Of a stretch of 64,000 nt of DNA, positions 1-14,213 are shown piece after piece. The DNA is from Eledone cirrhosa (lineage: Eukaryota). Below the pieces are notes generated by a model. That model saw nothing but the letters and a program-made list of their open reading frames with translations, was not told the DNA's origin and did not search any database. Within the stretch, counting starts at the first letter, position 1; the number at the start of each line of letters is the position of its first letter. The stretch is taken from positions 212,908,001 to 212,972,000 of the forward strand of contig OZ024741.1 in NCBI GenBank assembly GCA_964016885.1, given 5' to 3'. The position numbers and the translations under genes were made by a program.

Positions 1-57
1 ATACACATATAAAAAGATATAAATACAGACACACACACGCGCAACACATACACACAT

Positions 58-104
<47 letters not shown>

Positions 105-215
105 TATACACACACACATAGACTCATATATATATACACATACACATACATACACTTATACACAAACATATATATCCCACACTCATACCACCATAAAAAC
201 ACATACAAACACCCA

Positions 216-259
<44 letters not shown>

Positions 260-480
260 ACATACACACACGTACACATATATGTATATATACATACATA
301 TATACACACATACACATACATATATAGACACACACATAAAATACAGACATGCACATATATATATATATATATATATATATTTCATTACTCTTATATATAC
401 ACATAGTATATATACATACACAACCTCACTTATACACATATACACATAAGTTATATTACAATAATAATAAAGAATAATAT

Positions 481-514
<34 letters not shown>

Positions 515-649
515 ACACACATATACACATATACATACATACACATACATATACATACATACATACACATACATACATACACTTAAATATAAACATATAT
601 AAAACACACATACGAATAAAGACATATATTCACACATAGACACCTATAT

Positions 650-685
<36 letters not shown>

Positions 686-772
686 ATATACACACACATA
701 CACACATATACACACACATATATATATACACATACACACACACGCACACACATACAGACACACACACACACT

Positions 773-809
<37 letters not shown>

Positions 810-1250
810 ATGTGAGTGTGCGCAAATACATATATATATACACACACACATACAAACACACACAAACACATACATATGCATACGTGCACACATACACACA
901 TATATCACATAGATACGAAGATAAACATATAAATAGAGAGACATACAAATATATACAGAACCCATATACACATACATACAAACACGCATATACATATATA
1001 TACATATATACACATGTATATATTCCTATATACAAGCATACACATACACACACATATATACATATACATACACATATACATACCACACATTTACATACAC
1101 GTACATATATAATACATATATATACATATATATACATACATATGTATGTACAATCATATATACACACTCAATCTTACATTCATATTTACATGCTCATATA
1201 TGTATTTTTATATATTTAGAAATAAATACCAAAAAACTATATAGACACCC
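1..1250. repeat. Degenerate (TA)n/(CA)n/(TACA)n microsatellite field
   Basis: Alternating purine-pyrimidine low-complexity sequence; the overlapping ORFs are YI/CV/HT repeats. Similar fields recur throughout, e.g. 9350-10080, 24450-25200, 35655-36050, 61150-61520. Confidence 0.95.
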
Positions 1251-3278
1251 ATCTACACATATATTCATACATATACACTTACAAAAACAGATGATAATAG
1301 TATGGGGGAAAGGGGGGGTTTGGAGAAGGGGATCAAAGTAAATATATGTTTCAAGAAACATATAATATTTTCCATATCTTAATTCAATGTATGTTCTTAC
1401 ATATTTTCAGTGCTAGGAAATACGAAATCTATGCATCACAAAATAAAAAAGTATACCATTAATCATATGTCAACTAAACCAAAGATAGTCAACATATTGA
1501 TTTCCAAGGTGTAAATTAGTTAGGTTTATAATATTTGAAGCAGAATTATGAAGTCAAACAATAGTAGATTATTAATTACATTATAACTAAATTAAAGTTA
1601 ATAACGTTATGGTATCAATATTAGGAGATGAATTTAGTAATAGGGAAAAGAAACCCAAATAAAAATAAAATAAAGTATTACATCGGTAGTAGCATATAAA
1701 TTATATGTTAACTAAGTTAAAAATTATATATTTATTTCAATAGTATATGTTAATTAGTATATGTTAATTAGGTATACAATACATAAAGCAGATATTGTAT
1801 TTCATCAATAGCATAATATAATTATATGCAAATAAAAATCAAAATTAATACGCATACATATACATATACATACACATACACATACATATACATATACATA
1901 CACATATATATATATATATATATACATATATATACACACATACATACATATATAGTCACATAAATATACATACAGATACACATACAACACACACATATAC
2001 ATATACATATAGATATACATATCTTTTCCAAAAAAATTTGCACAGAATATATTAACTAGGTATATATCCAAAAACACCTCCCATTCTATGATTACATGAC
2101 ATTCTGCAATTCGTCTGTACAAGGATACTAATTTTAAGCAAATTAAAATTAAAGTTTTAGGTTGATTAAAACTAAAACCAAATAATAAATATATTTCCAA
2201 AATGTATATCTTTTTATATGTGTATGTGTATGTTCGTGTAAATGTATGTGTGTGTGTGACAGTATAGGTATGTGTGTATGTATGTATGTGTAGATATCTC
2301 TATGTGCGCGTACATGTATGTATGTGTATGTATATCTGTATGCGTATGTACATTATATTATATGTATTATATTTTATTGTTTTTATTTTTTTATTTTTCA
2401 TAATTTATAGATACATTTATATTAGGCTGTCTGGTCTGACAACCTAATACTGACCCCTCCCCCCCCCCTCCCACCTAATTTCTGTATCTTGATCTTGAAA
2501 TGTGTGTACCAGTGTTCTTATGTGAGTGACTTAATTTCTATTTGCTTATGATTTTATATCCACATATATAAATGTGAGTGGGGGAGTGTGTGTGTTTGTG
2601 TGTTCGTGGTTATGTGTATATTTATATATATATGCACATGTATGTGTGATTATACTGATATGTGTGAGTATGAAAAAAATATATTTATATGCTTGACTCC
2701 ATAAGTATCATTGCGTATCTTATCAGCGCATTAAGCTTACAGAGATATTAACCTTGAAATTTTTTATTTGCATCCATCTTTTTAGTATGCACATACAAAT
2801 TATACACACATTATTGTAAAATGTGTGTAGGGTTTTTACATCTATATACACACACCAAACTGCTTTTTAACCCTTTGTGTTTTCATTGGTCAATTTTGAA
2901 CTGATATTTTGAATTGTTGTTATTATCAATAAATATACTTCATTATTTCTGAAGACGGCGTATATATGAGTTAGGTATGTATATTTAATCTTGATAATTT
3001 GTATAATTTTGTATAATTTTGTACATAGATCTGTTAAATATGCATACCAATTATAACACATATATACCCTAGAAACGATCGTTAAATAGTGAACTTTTTT
3101 TGTTTAATATAAGGAATTGTTTGTTCATTATTTGTTTAATATTTTATCTTGACTCTGTATACCGTTTATCTTTCACCGAAATTGGATTTTCATTACATCT
3201 CTTCTTTCCATGATATCCGGAATACATTGAGTTCTTCATACGGATTGGACACTACCGTAAACTCTTGGTAGATTTATC

Positions 3279-3404
<126 letters not shown>

Positions 3405-3412
3405 TACATATA

Positions 3413-3720
3413 TAAGTATGTATACGTACATACATATATCTATAGAGACGTACAGAGTATGTATATATATATACATACATGCACACATATATATATGTAC
3501 GTATGGATTCACCGAACATTTATTATAATGCTCGGTGTGTTTGTAAACAAACCTCCCGAATTAAGCCGTACAGTGTCTAGCAACCATTGTTACTCATTTG
3601 TTCAACAGTGACAAAGGAACGCTGTACGTCTGTATACATATATGTATGTACGTATACATACTAATATTTAAGTAACAGCCGTACTAAGAGTGAGAAATGA
3701 AATTTCGTTTCATTTTTTCC
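3413..3720 (+). mobile_element. Diverged relic related to HHR repeat family A (inverted arm plus 3' tail)
   Basis: 3622-3720 (ctgtacgtctgtatacatatatgtatgtacgtatacata...ctaagagtgagaaatgaaatttcgttt) matches the 3' end of the arrays at 31045-32256 and 37471-39572. 3415-3455 is its inverted copy. No intact HHR seen. Confidence 0.7.
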
Positions 3721-3734
3721 GTATATGTATATAA

Positions 3735-4745
<1,011 letters not shown>

Positions 4746-5591
4746 AATTGTGTGTTCAACAAACATGTACGCAACCAGTTCAACATGTAGAGGTGTGAGC
4801 TGAAAATGTATTTCTATTTCTTATATATCCAATATCTGGTTGTTCGCTCCTATCTTTGTGGTAATCATTAAGATTTACTTGAAGATTTATCTCTACATTT
4901 ATTCAAAGCATCCACCATTCACCATTTAGTATTTACAATTCCTTTCCTTCATCTCGTCGCCATCATTAAATTCATATTTCGTGTTCGTGTACCCGCGTAT
5001 ATTGACTGACTAGCTGACTATATCAAGTGTAATTAATTTATTGTATTGTGTGCAAGTGACATAAACCAACAGAAATCCGCAACCAATTAAATCACAATGA
5101 AATATTCGACCAGTAATTTCGAACATTGCAAATATCGATTTAATTATAGAAACCAAGCTCAGGTGATAATGTCACGAAATCTTTCAACAGAGAAATGGCG
5201 CCTTCAATTTGACCAGTTGAAAACTTAACTGATTAAAAGTCGTTAAAACTATAATAACGTAGTAAAGGTTTAAACATGGATAAACGCAAATTGGGAATAT
5301 TTACGGATTAAGAAGAGCAATGTAAAGAATCGATAAAATTTTAGTTTGGTGCCATTGTTGCTGTAGTTGTTATCGTTCTTGTAGTAGGTAGTTGGTGATA
5401 TTTGTTCATAGTTTATCCATGCATGTATACGTACATGTAACACTTCACATCCTCAATACTCACTGCGAGCCAGGGACAAGGAACAATTGTGCCAATGGCC
5501 ATCTATATGAGGCTCTATATTAATGATTTTCATCAGGAAAAATGTGACGTTGGTGGCTCCCGGATCCTCATTTGACCAATATCTATATATC

Positions 5592-5678
<87 letters not shown>

Positions 5679-5680
5679 AT

Positions 5681-8530
5681 ACCAACATGTGGTGCAGCTC
5701 TCTCAAGAGAGCAATTAGAATAGAATCGATAGCATTTAGCAAGGAAGTAGCTTTAGAAAAAAACAAAACTGAAAAGGATCTGATAGCTAAAATAGAAGAG
5801 GCACTTAGGAATGGCAGTACAGCTGACGTGCTAGCGGCGAGAATGGCACTAGACCAGTTCTTCAACGTGAAACACGAAGGTTGTATTGTCAGAAGTAGAA
5901 CACGTGCTCTAAGAAACGAGGGAGCCAAAGCAGTTAGCTGGGACCTAGTGGCAGAGGCGAAAAGTGGCAACAAATCCACAATTCGGTCTTTGCAAGACAA
6001 AGATGGACGTATCATACTTGAATTCAAGCAGATGTGAGCGGCCTTCCAGCAGCATTTTGCACAACTGTTCGGGCAAAGCGGTACATCGAGTGAGGTGTTG
6101 AACTTCAGATCCTACCACGACGGCGTACCGCGACTCTCGAGCACGGATGCGAAGAGATGCGAAAGGCCGATCACAGATGGCGAAATAGAAGATGCCCTAG
6201 GCCGCGGCGGGAAACGCAAATCACCCGGTTTAGATGGTCTACCCTATGAGTTTTACATAGGCATGCCTGACTTGTTCTCTGGCGTCCTCGAAGCGGTCTA
6301 CTGCAACTGGCAGCAGAACAGGAGGATTCCCAGTTCTGTAGGCCGAGGCGTAGTAAAGCTGATCAGGAAAGATGAGAACAAGGGGGATGAGATAAGCAAT
6401 TTCAGGCCCATAACTATGCTCAACACAGAGTTAAAGATGTTGGCCAAGGTGTTAGCAGCAAGACTAGCGCTTGTCGTCGAGAACCTGGTAGGGGAAGCCC
6501 AAACGTGTGAAATCCCGACCAGGTCCATACACGACAACCTCCACCTCATGCGATACATCATAGAGTGGGTAGGGTGTAAACCTGGCTTTGGTGGGTCTCT
6601 GATCAATTTAGATCAGTCTAAGGCATTTGATAGGGTCGACCATCAATACTTGGAAGCAGTTCTCAAGGCGGCCGGCTTCGGTCCCATCTTCAGAGGCTGG
6701 ATCGCTGCCATGCACACCAGTTTCTGCTCGGCAGTCAAGGGGAATGGCTACCTGTCAGAGCCATTCCAAATCATGCATTCCATCCGTCAAGGATGCCCTC
6801 TCTCCTCTATTCTGTATGTACTGACTCTCGAGTCGTTACTGCGGAAATTGGAGTTGTTGCAAGGGATCCCGATCGAACCAGGACTGCGGAAAGCAGCGTC
6901 AGCCTATGCCGACAACATAACCGTAATGGTGTCGAATAACCTCGGAAATAAGGGTAATCCGCAACCTATTACAGGAATACGAAACTTTGAGAGGAGCAAG
7001 ACTAAACCCAAACAAGTCTGTCGGTTTGCAGCTCGGCACATGGAGAGGCAAACCCATGCCTTCCGACAGTGTCGTTGGACGCTGGACGGAAGGACTGGTG
7101 AAATTGCTCGGAGTCTGGTTCGGTCCAGACCTCCAGGTGGACAAGAACTGGAACGAGCTCACGGCGAATGTGTTTGCACTCACCCAGAAGTGTACTGAGT
7201 GCAAACTCTCATTGAAAGGTCAGGCGGAGGTGGCGAACACTTACATAGCGTCCGTCATCTACTACCGCTTGACAGTCGTGCCTTGCCCTCGCGAATACCT
7301 TACCAAAATGGAACGCCTACTCATCAAGTTCCTCTGGAAGAAACAGGCTCCATTGGTGAGGTGATCCATCTGCTGTCAACACCCTTCTAACGGAGGGCTG
7401 GGCATGCCATGGCTGATGATGCGCAAACATGCGCTGAGGCTACGCCATCTCCAGGTATTCCTGACCGGTGAACCGGTGTGGCTGTCGTTTGTGAGACAAG
7501 CTCTTCCACAACTCGTCTCACTAACAGAGTTGCAGTCCTGGGTCAAGCGAAGACCGAAAATGGGTGCCTGGCACCTCGAGTGCCTACAGAAGCTCACAGC
7601 ATTCTACCAAGCGGAAACGGCTATCAGCGGAGACTCCACTTCGACATTCTATAGGGGATTAGTGGAGGATAAGTGCGATGGCGTTCTCGAGGAAAAGCTA
7701 GGCATCGAGGAGGACGAACTGACCAGACTTTTCGGGAGGACTTTCTGTCCAGGGCCTATGGATAACATCCAGACGTCTCTGGCCTGGCAGTGCTACCGAG
7801 GAGCTCTACCAGTTCGAGACAAAATCTACAGGCACGGACGCCCTGGCAGAGATCCTGCCAAAAGGACCTGTCCAAGATGCGAGCAAGACATACAAACCGT
7901 TCTGTACGCAATTGTTCAGTGCCCAGGGGTGACCGACCTGTGGAATGATGTCAAACAGCTGCTCTCACGTGTGGGACGCATCCAGTTCTCAGCCGAGTCC
8001 ATCGTGAGGATCACCCCGCCACCTTCATTTAAGAACGAAGGAGAGGCGGTTTTCCTCTGTCTGGTGGCTATGGCGAAAGAGGTAATATGGTGGACGAGGT
8101 TAAAAGGACTGAGGGCAAACCCCTTTCTCTCCGGACAACAAGTTATCCCCTTCTTTAAGTATCACTTCAGAAGGAAGGTGAAAGTGGAGTGAGAGGTGCT
8201 ACACCCCAGTAAATTCGCTGAAAGGTGGGTGAATGTGGCGAAAATGGACCGAGTGAATGGGCCTTCTCTGTATATACCTGTAGGTTGAGGAAGATAAACA
8301 GAAGGAAGACCGGGACACCCACAAAACGTGTTCCTGGTGTTGAGGGTTGTTCTATCCACGGAGTGTAAAACAACCCTGCAGTAACGTTCTCCCCTATTGG
8401 GGATTTCAATTGTTATTTTATTATATATAGTTTATTGTTATTTATTAATGTTAAAGTTATTATGTACAAGCCCCACCGTCACGTCTTGTAATGTCCCATT
8501 TATGAACGCCCCTGTGGCAAATAAAGAAAG
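5681..8530 (+). mobile_element. Tx1/L1-group non-LTR retrotransposon, 5'-truncated
   Basis: Decayed ORF2 followed by a 3' UTR ending gcaaataaagaaaga. Flanked by (CTAT)n on the left and tatctatccatct on the right. Confidence 0.85.
5687..8283 (+). pseudogene. Tx1-like ORF2: reverse transcriptase plus degenerate C-terminal zinc knuckle; endonuclease domain missing
   Basis: Motifs SPGLDGLPYEFY, FRPITMLNTELKMLAKVLAARL, LDQSKAFDRVDH, IRQGCPLS, YADNIT (YADD mutated), VKLLGVWF, GGLGMP, CPRCEQDIQTVLYAIVQC. In-frame TGA at 6035, 7362 and 8190; frameshift near 6940-6990. Confidence 0.9.
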
Positions 8531-8549
8531 ATATTTATCTATCCATCTG

Positions 8550-8592
<43 letters not shown>

Positions 8593-8636
8593 GACGTAAA
8601 ATAAGAAAATTATAAAAATTAACTTACTAAAATTTC

Positions 8637-8717
8637 ACTCCAACTAATTAGTTTCTGAAAGGGAATAAACATGGTTTCCGAATGGAACATGGAGAATATC
8701 TTTCGTCATCAGGAAGT
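8637..8717 (-). ncRNA. Type I hammerhead ribozyme motif (Penelope-type, palindromic stem III)
   Basis: Minus strand: acttc CTGATGA cgaaag...ctttca GAAA ctaattag tt ggagt. Stem I acttc/ggagt; cleavage triplet GUU. Confidence 0.65.
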
Positions 8718-9030
8718 TAATTCTCAGCTAAGTTCCCAGGCGATGCGTGGACACAGGGAATTTATACAAAAATAATTCAGTGGATGGAAAAAAACAAGCG
8801 AGGACTAAATTCCAAGACATTGAAAAAATCACTGCCTACTTGGTCGGTGGCAAATTCAAAAGAATCAATCACGTGACATCGAGGTTAATTAGTGAGGAGT
8901 GGGGTGTTAAGAAGACAGTAGCCGGACTATTACTATGAACTATAGTAGTAGTTTTGGCAAATTTTTGCTCAACAAAATAATTTGGAGATAATTATAAAGA
9001 ATTATATAAAAATTATATATATATATATAT

Positions 9031-9090
9031 AACCACCGTCTAACCCATGCTAGCGTGGAAGATGGACGTTAAACGAAGATGATGATGATG
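9031..9090 (+). mobile_element. 3' tail fragment of an RTE-type LINE/SINE
   Basis: ccgtctaacccatgctagcgtggaagatggacgttaaacg followed by (GAT)n; short stem-loop plus trinucleotide tail typical of RTE ends. Confidence 0.55.
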
Positions 9091-9184
9091 ATATATATAT
9101 ATATTTGTGTATAGAAGTAGCTATGGTGCTTCCGTAGGCGGTATGCCAAAATTAGCAGTCGATATTCATCAGAGTAGAGTGTAG

Positions 9185-9358
9185 ATATTATAAAGAAAAC
9201 GAAAAATCAGTGATGCATCTGGGCTTAGTTTATTTCGTGTTACAAACGTTTCGCCGGCGTGTAGCTACATGACTTGAGCTACATGCCGGCGAAACATTTG
9301 TAACACGAAATAAACTAAGCACAGATGCATCACTGATTTTTCGTTTTCTTTATAATAT
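9185..9358. repeat. Fold-back palindrome (about 80-bp arms), probable truncated Penelope-like end
   Basis: 9185-9267 is the near-perfect reverse complement of 9278-9358. The arm contains gccggcGAAAC and AATAAA and runs into (TA)n. Confidence 0.75.
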
Positions 9359-9375
9359 ATATATATATATATATA

Positions 9376-9409
<34 letters not shown>

Positions 9410-9485
9410 AGGGATTGTCTGATTGTCCTTTTTTTTATTCTTTGATATATGTACATATATGTATATATATATATACATACATAGA

Positions 9486-9572
<87 letters not shown>

Positions 9573-9589
9573 GTGTATATATATATATA

Positions 9590-9661
<72 letters not shown>

Positions 9662-9850
9662 TATATATATACATATATATATGTATATAGATATATATAT
9701 GTATATATATATGGATATGAGTATATGTATATATATATGTATATGTATTTATGTGTGAGTGTATGTACGTATATATATGTTTATATATAGATATACATAT
9801 CTTTATATATAATTGTATATATGTGTATATATATATATATGTATATATAT

Positions 9851-9969
<119 letters not shown>

Positions 9970-10938
9970 TATAGATATATAGATATACATATGTATATAT
10001 ATATATATATATATGTATGTATATTTATATGTTTGTATATATATATATGTATGTATATGTATATACATATACATATATAGTGACGAAGATGAATTGTTTA
10101 TAAGTTGCCTAGAGATGGCTAAGTCTAGACACAGGGAAAGGAGTAAAAAACTAAAAGGTCACGAGCGAAATGTGGATTATTTATTTTTACATAGAAATAA
10201 ATATATTTTTAGTGGCAGACAGACAATAAAATGTTGAACATTAAATCAATGTCTCACTGAACTAAGTGAAAATCTATATAAATATACATATGTGTTTCTA
10301 TGTTGTTTATGTGAGTTTAAGTGTATTTCTTTGAGTGTATATATATGTATATATGTAACACTACGTCCATATATATGTATATATGTAACTCTATTTCTGT
10401 TCACCTATTGTGTTGTTATTTCTGTTTACCTTTAATATATATATATATACGCGTGTGTGTGTGAGTGTTTATATATATATATATGCATATAAACCAAAAT
10501 AATGTTGTGTGCGTGGAATAAATGTGCATATATAAATTCATTTACGTATGCACTGAACCATATATATCTACGCAATCATATATATATATATATATATATA
10601 CACACATTATTTATTTATTTTCTTATTTATATATACATATTATACAGACATACATACATACGTGCATACGTACATACATACATATATACTTGCATACATA
10701 CATACACATATAGCGTGCAAACGGATTCAGAAAATTTACATTTAATGTGACTTTAGGATATTATTTTGAATTTAATGCATGGCTATAGGTTCATTTAATG
10801 AATTCTATCTAAAATGATATAACAATATCACCGTTGTATGTACTGTAATTACAACGGTATATCGCACAATTCCAAATTCAGTAACCACTATACTATAAAT
10901 ATCTCACTGTAACTGTAACTAGAATGTGATAACTCACA

Positions 10939-10998
<60 letters not shown>

Positions 10999-11134
10999 GG
11001 CATTACAGCGGATTGGAAAATTTGAAAGTAGAATCGCCACAATCCAGATAACCACAATAAGAGTTGATGACTATAATCCATCATAAATATTTAGGGTGCA
11101 ACATCTCTCTCGATGAAAACAGAAATGCACACAG

Positions 11135-11227
<93 letters not shown>

Positions 11228-11228
<1 letters not shown>

Positions 11229-12141
11229 GATGTGTGTCAGAAAAGTTCCAGGACTGATGTCACAAAAGATTTATTTCAAACCCAAACTTCACACTAAAAG
11301 TGTTCTCCTTCAAAGTAATCCCCCTGGAGTCTAATGCACTTTTCCATCCTTTTCTGCCACACTTGTATGCACTCCTGGAAGGATTCTTCCGCGATCCTCC
11401 GCAGTTCCGTCGTCACGGCCTTTTTGATGTCGTCCACATCTTCAAAACGGGTCCCCTCCGGGTCGTACTCGAAGATCCATGACTCATCACCGGAGATGAC
11501 TGTCACTAGCATGTCTGGTTCGGTTTCAAGACGATCGAGGATGTCCTGGCACACTTGCTTGCGTCGACCCTTCTGGTCATCGTTCAGCAGTTTTGGCACC
11601 ATCTTCGCGCAGTCTTTCCGCATGTCCAAATCTTCAGTGAGAATCTTCCAGAACTGTCCCGATTCATGCCCGGCTCATTTGCCATTAGTCGAACAGTCAG
11701 CCGACGATCGCTACGCACCATCTGCCTGACGCGCTCAACGTTAACCTCAGTCCTGTTTGTTGAGGGCCTTCCGCGCCTGGGGTCATCTTCCACGTACTCG
11801 CGTCCTTCTTTAAACCTCTTGCAACACTCAAAAACACGCGAGCGTGACATTGTCTCATCTCCATACACTTGCTGCAGAAATCCCAGTGCTTCTGGCGGAG
11901 TTTTCCCTTACTGTACCAGAAACTTCAAGTATGTTCGTTGCTATGTGCTCATTGCTTGACGACCTGAAACAGAGGACATGTATACAAAATGATGAAGAAA
12001 AAAGTTTGATCGCTACAGAGAGCTAAGATTAGTTACATACTCCAGGATGATTACATTGAAGGAGAAAACTCTTAGTGTGAAGTTTGGGTTTGAAATAAAT
12101 CTTTTGTGACATCAGTCTTGGAAGTTTTCTGACAAACCTCG
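11228..12141 (-). mobile_element. Mariner transposon, complete non-autonomous deletion derivative with about 105-bp TIRs
   Basis: TA on both sides (11226-27, 12142-43). TIRs cga(t/g)gtgtgtcagaaaagttcc...ctggagt. Same transposase fragments and same internal deletion (IFEYDPE joined to GTRFEDVDDIK) as the 3910 copy. Confidence 0.93.
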
Positions 12142-12185
<44 letters not shown>

Positions 12186-12187
<2 letters not shown>

Positions 12188-12245
12188 GGAACGAGTAGGA
12201 CGCCGATGGCTGAGCTCAAGCGGTTTCGACGGCTAATTCTGGACT
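12186..12245 (-). mobile_element. Solo inverted-arm fragment of the Penelope-like pLTR
   Basis: taggaacgagtaggacgccgatggctgagctcaagcggtttcgacggctaattctggact, matching 13068-13127; embedded in (TA)n. Confidence 0.85.
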
Positions 12246-12533
12246 TATATATATATATATATATATAAATGAATGAAAAATGGCGAGCTGTGTTGCTGCA
12301 ATTAGGATATATATAATAAATGAAGAATTAGAATTAGAAGCCAGGAATATCCGTCATCAGTGGTCTACTAACCATCATACGTATTTCTTCGCATTACAGA
12401 CAATATACCTCAAGCTCGGGCGATACAATAACTAAATTAAGTTATTGGGATAAAAAGAGATAGGTGGAGAAATAGAAACAGGTAAATAAACACTGGGGTA
12501 ATCGCTGTCCTTGTGCCAAAAGTAGAAACTCCA

Positions 12534-12722
12534 GGCAATGGATTGGCAGTATCGGTAGAGGGTAGGGCACCATGCTTTAATGCATAGAATTACGGCCCTT
12601 GCCATTCTGAGTTCAAATCCCGCCAATGTTAACTCTGCCTTTCATCCTTACGGGGTCGATAAAATAAAGTACCAGTAATGCACTGGGTATTTGCTGACCT
12701 TGTGCCAAAAGTAGAAATAATT
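12534..12722 (+). mobile_element. tRNA-derived SINE (Meta-SINE-like core)
   Basis: A box tggcagtatcggt, B box gagttcaaatcc, core gcctttcatccttacggggtcgataaaataaagtaccagt, tail ccttgtgccaaaagtagaaa. Confidence 0.85.
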
Positions 12723-12989
12723 ATTTGAATACTCAACCAGATATTACATACCAGTTTCCCACAAATTTCGCTTTGATAGGATGTATGTATATATGTGTGT
12801 AATAATTGCTTAGTAAGGACTTCAGAACGACGGTGTAATACGGTGGAAATATAAACGGCGAAGGAAGAGAAATAAAAAAAAACCTGTCATTTTATATATA
12901 GCATGGATATTTCAACATATTTCGGGCTTTTACACTCTTTTCAAACGCAAAACAAAAACATTACGTGTGAATACAAACATATATATATA

Positions 12990-13069
<80 letters not shown>

Positions 13070-13932
13070 GGAACGAGTAGGACCCCGACGGCTGAGCTCA
13101 AGCCGTTTCGACGGCTAATTCTGGACTAAATGAACATTTTTATCCTGGTATACGAATAGCCGAGCTTCTCAGGAGGTAATTCCATATATGGTAAAAGTGA
13201 TTGTCACAAGGATTCTGAATTAATTTTCCGTATCAAATTTTTCATATACCTCGTACGAGCATTTATGTAGTTTGCACTAGAATTTTTGTATCATAGCGGC
13301 ACCCTTAGAGATAGTATTAGTATTCATTTTCGGGATTCTGAATTATTATTTCGTATTAGTTTATTTTTTGCACTGAGTGGTTGCTGGCCTTATGCCTAGG
13401 GTAGAAACAATTATTTTGTATTAGTTTCGGGACTCTGAATTATTGTTTCGTGGTAGTTTCTTTAGTATTTTGGCCCCACACTTGTTGACCTGTCACCGTA
13501 AGATATACTCGGTTGATTACTACTAACTCTTAAAATGGTCTCATTACAATTCCGTCCAACCTAGTAAACTTTTCTATAGTTTAGCAGTACCAGTGAGAGA
13601 CTTGATGACTGTCGTTAGGGAATAGTAACCAGAAATTGTTTTATTATATTTTTAACATTCTTGGTATTCTTCTATATATTTACTCCATATTGATTTATTT
13701 ATTGTTTCGACTTCCTCCCCTTCCCCCTCCCTAGTATACTTGCTTGATCTCCTGCCCTGCTGTAGTTGGCACTATCAACGCACGACTGAGTTTCCTCCAC
13801 TCCCTCTACCTCTTTCTTCTACTGGCAGGTTCAGCTACCCCTTCCTTCTACAAATTGCCATGATAGAATTGTGTCTCAACAACAAACTTTTGACCAATCC
13901 TTGTGACAATCACTTTTACCATATATGGAATA

Positions 13933-14028
13933 ACCCCCTGAGAAGCTCGGCTATTCATATACCAGGATAAACATTTTCATTTAGTCCAGAATTAGCCGTC
14001 GAAACCGCTTGAGCTCAGCCGTCGGGGT
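13933..14028 (+). ncRNA. Type I hammerhead motif in 5' pLTR (variant core CUGAGAA, long loop II)
   Basis: acccc CTGAGAA gctcggcta...tagccgtc GAAA ccgc ttgagctca gccGTC ggggt. Stem I acccc/ggggt, stem II cggcta/tagccg, GUC triplet. Confidence 0.65.
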
Positions 14029-14213
14029 CCTACTCGTTCCTATTACCCACTTTACTAACCTAAGTATTGAGTACTTTGGTGCGTTATGGTCCACCTGGTT
14101 CCTTACCGCATTTTCTTCGTTATCTAGCTCCTATTCCCGTAGTAGACCACATTCCGACCCTACCACGCCGTATCCAGACTTTTCCGCTAAGCTCAAGTTC
14201 TTTCACCCGCACC

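Noticed and set aside
124-1219. Numerous YI/CV/HT/SL/RE-rich ORFs here and across the window
   Set aside because: They are translations of microsatellites that lack stop codons; there is no coding signal.
6035-8192. Three in-frame TGA codons in the Tx1 ORF as recoding
   Set aside because: They fit ordinary decay (CGA or TGC to TGA) in a frameshifted copy with a mutated YADD.
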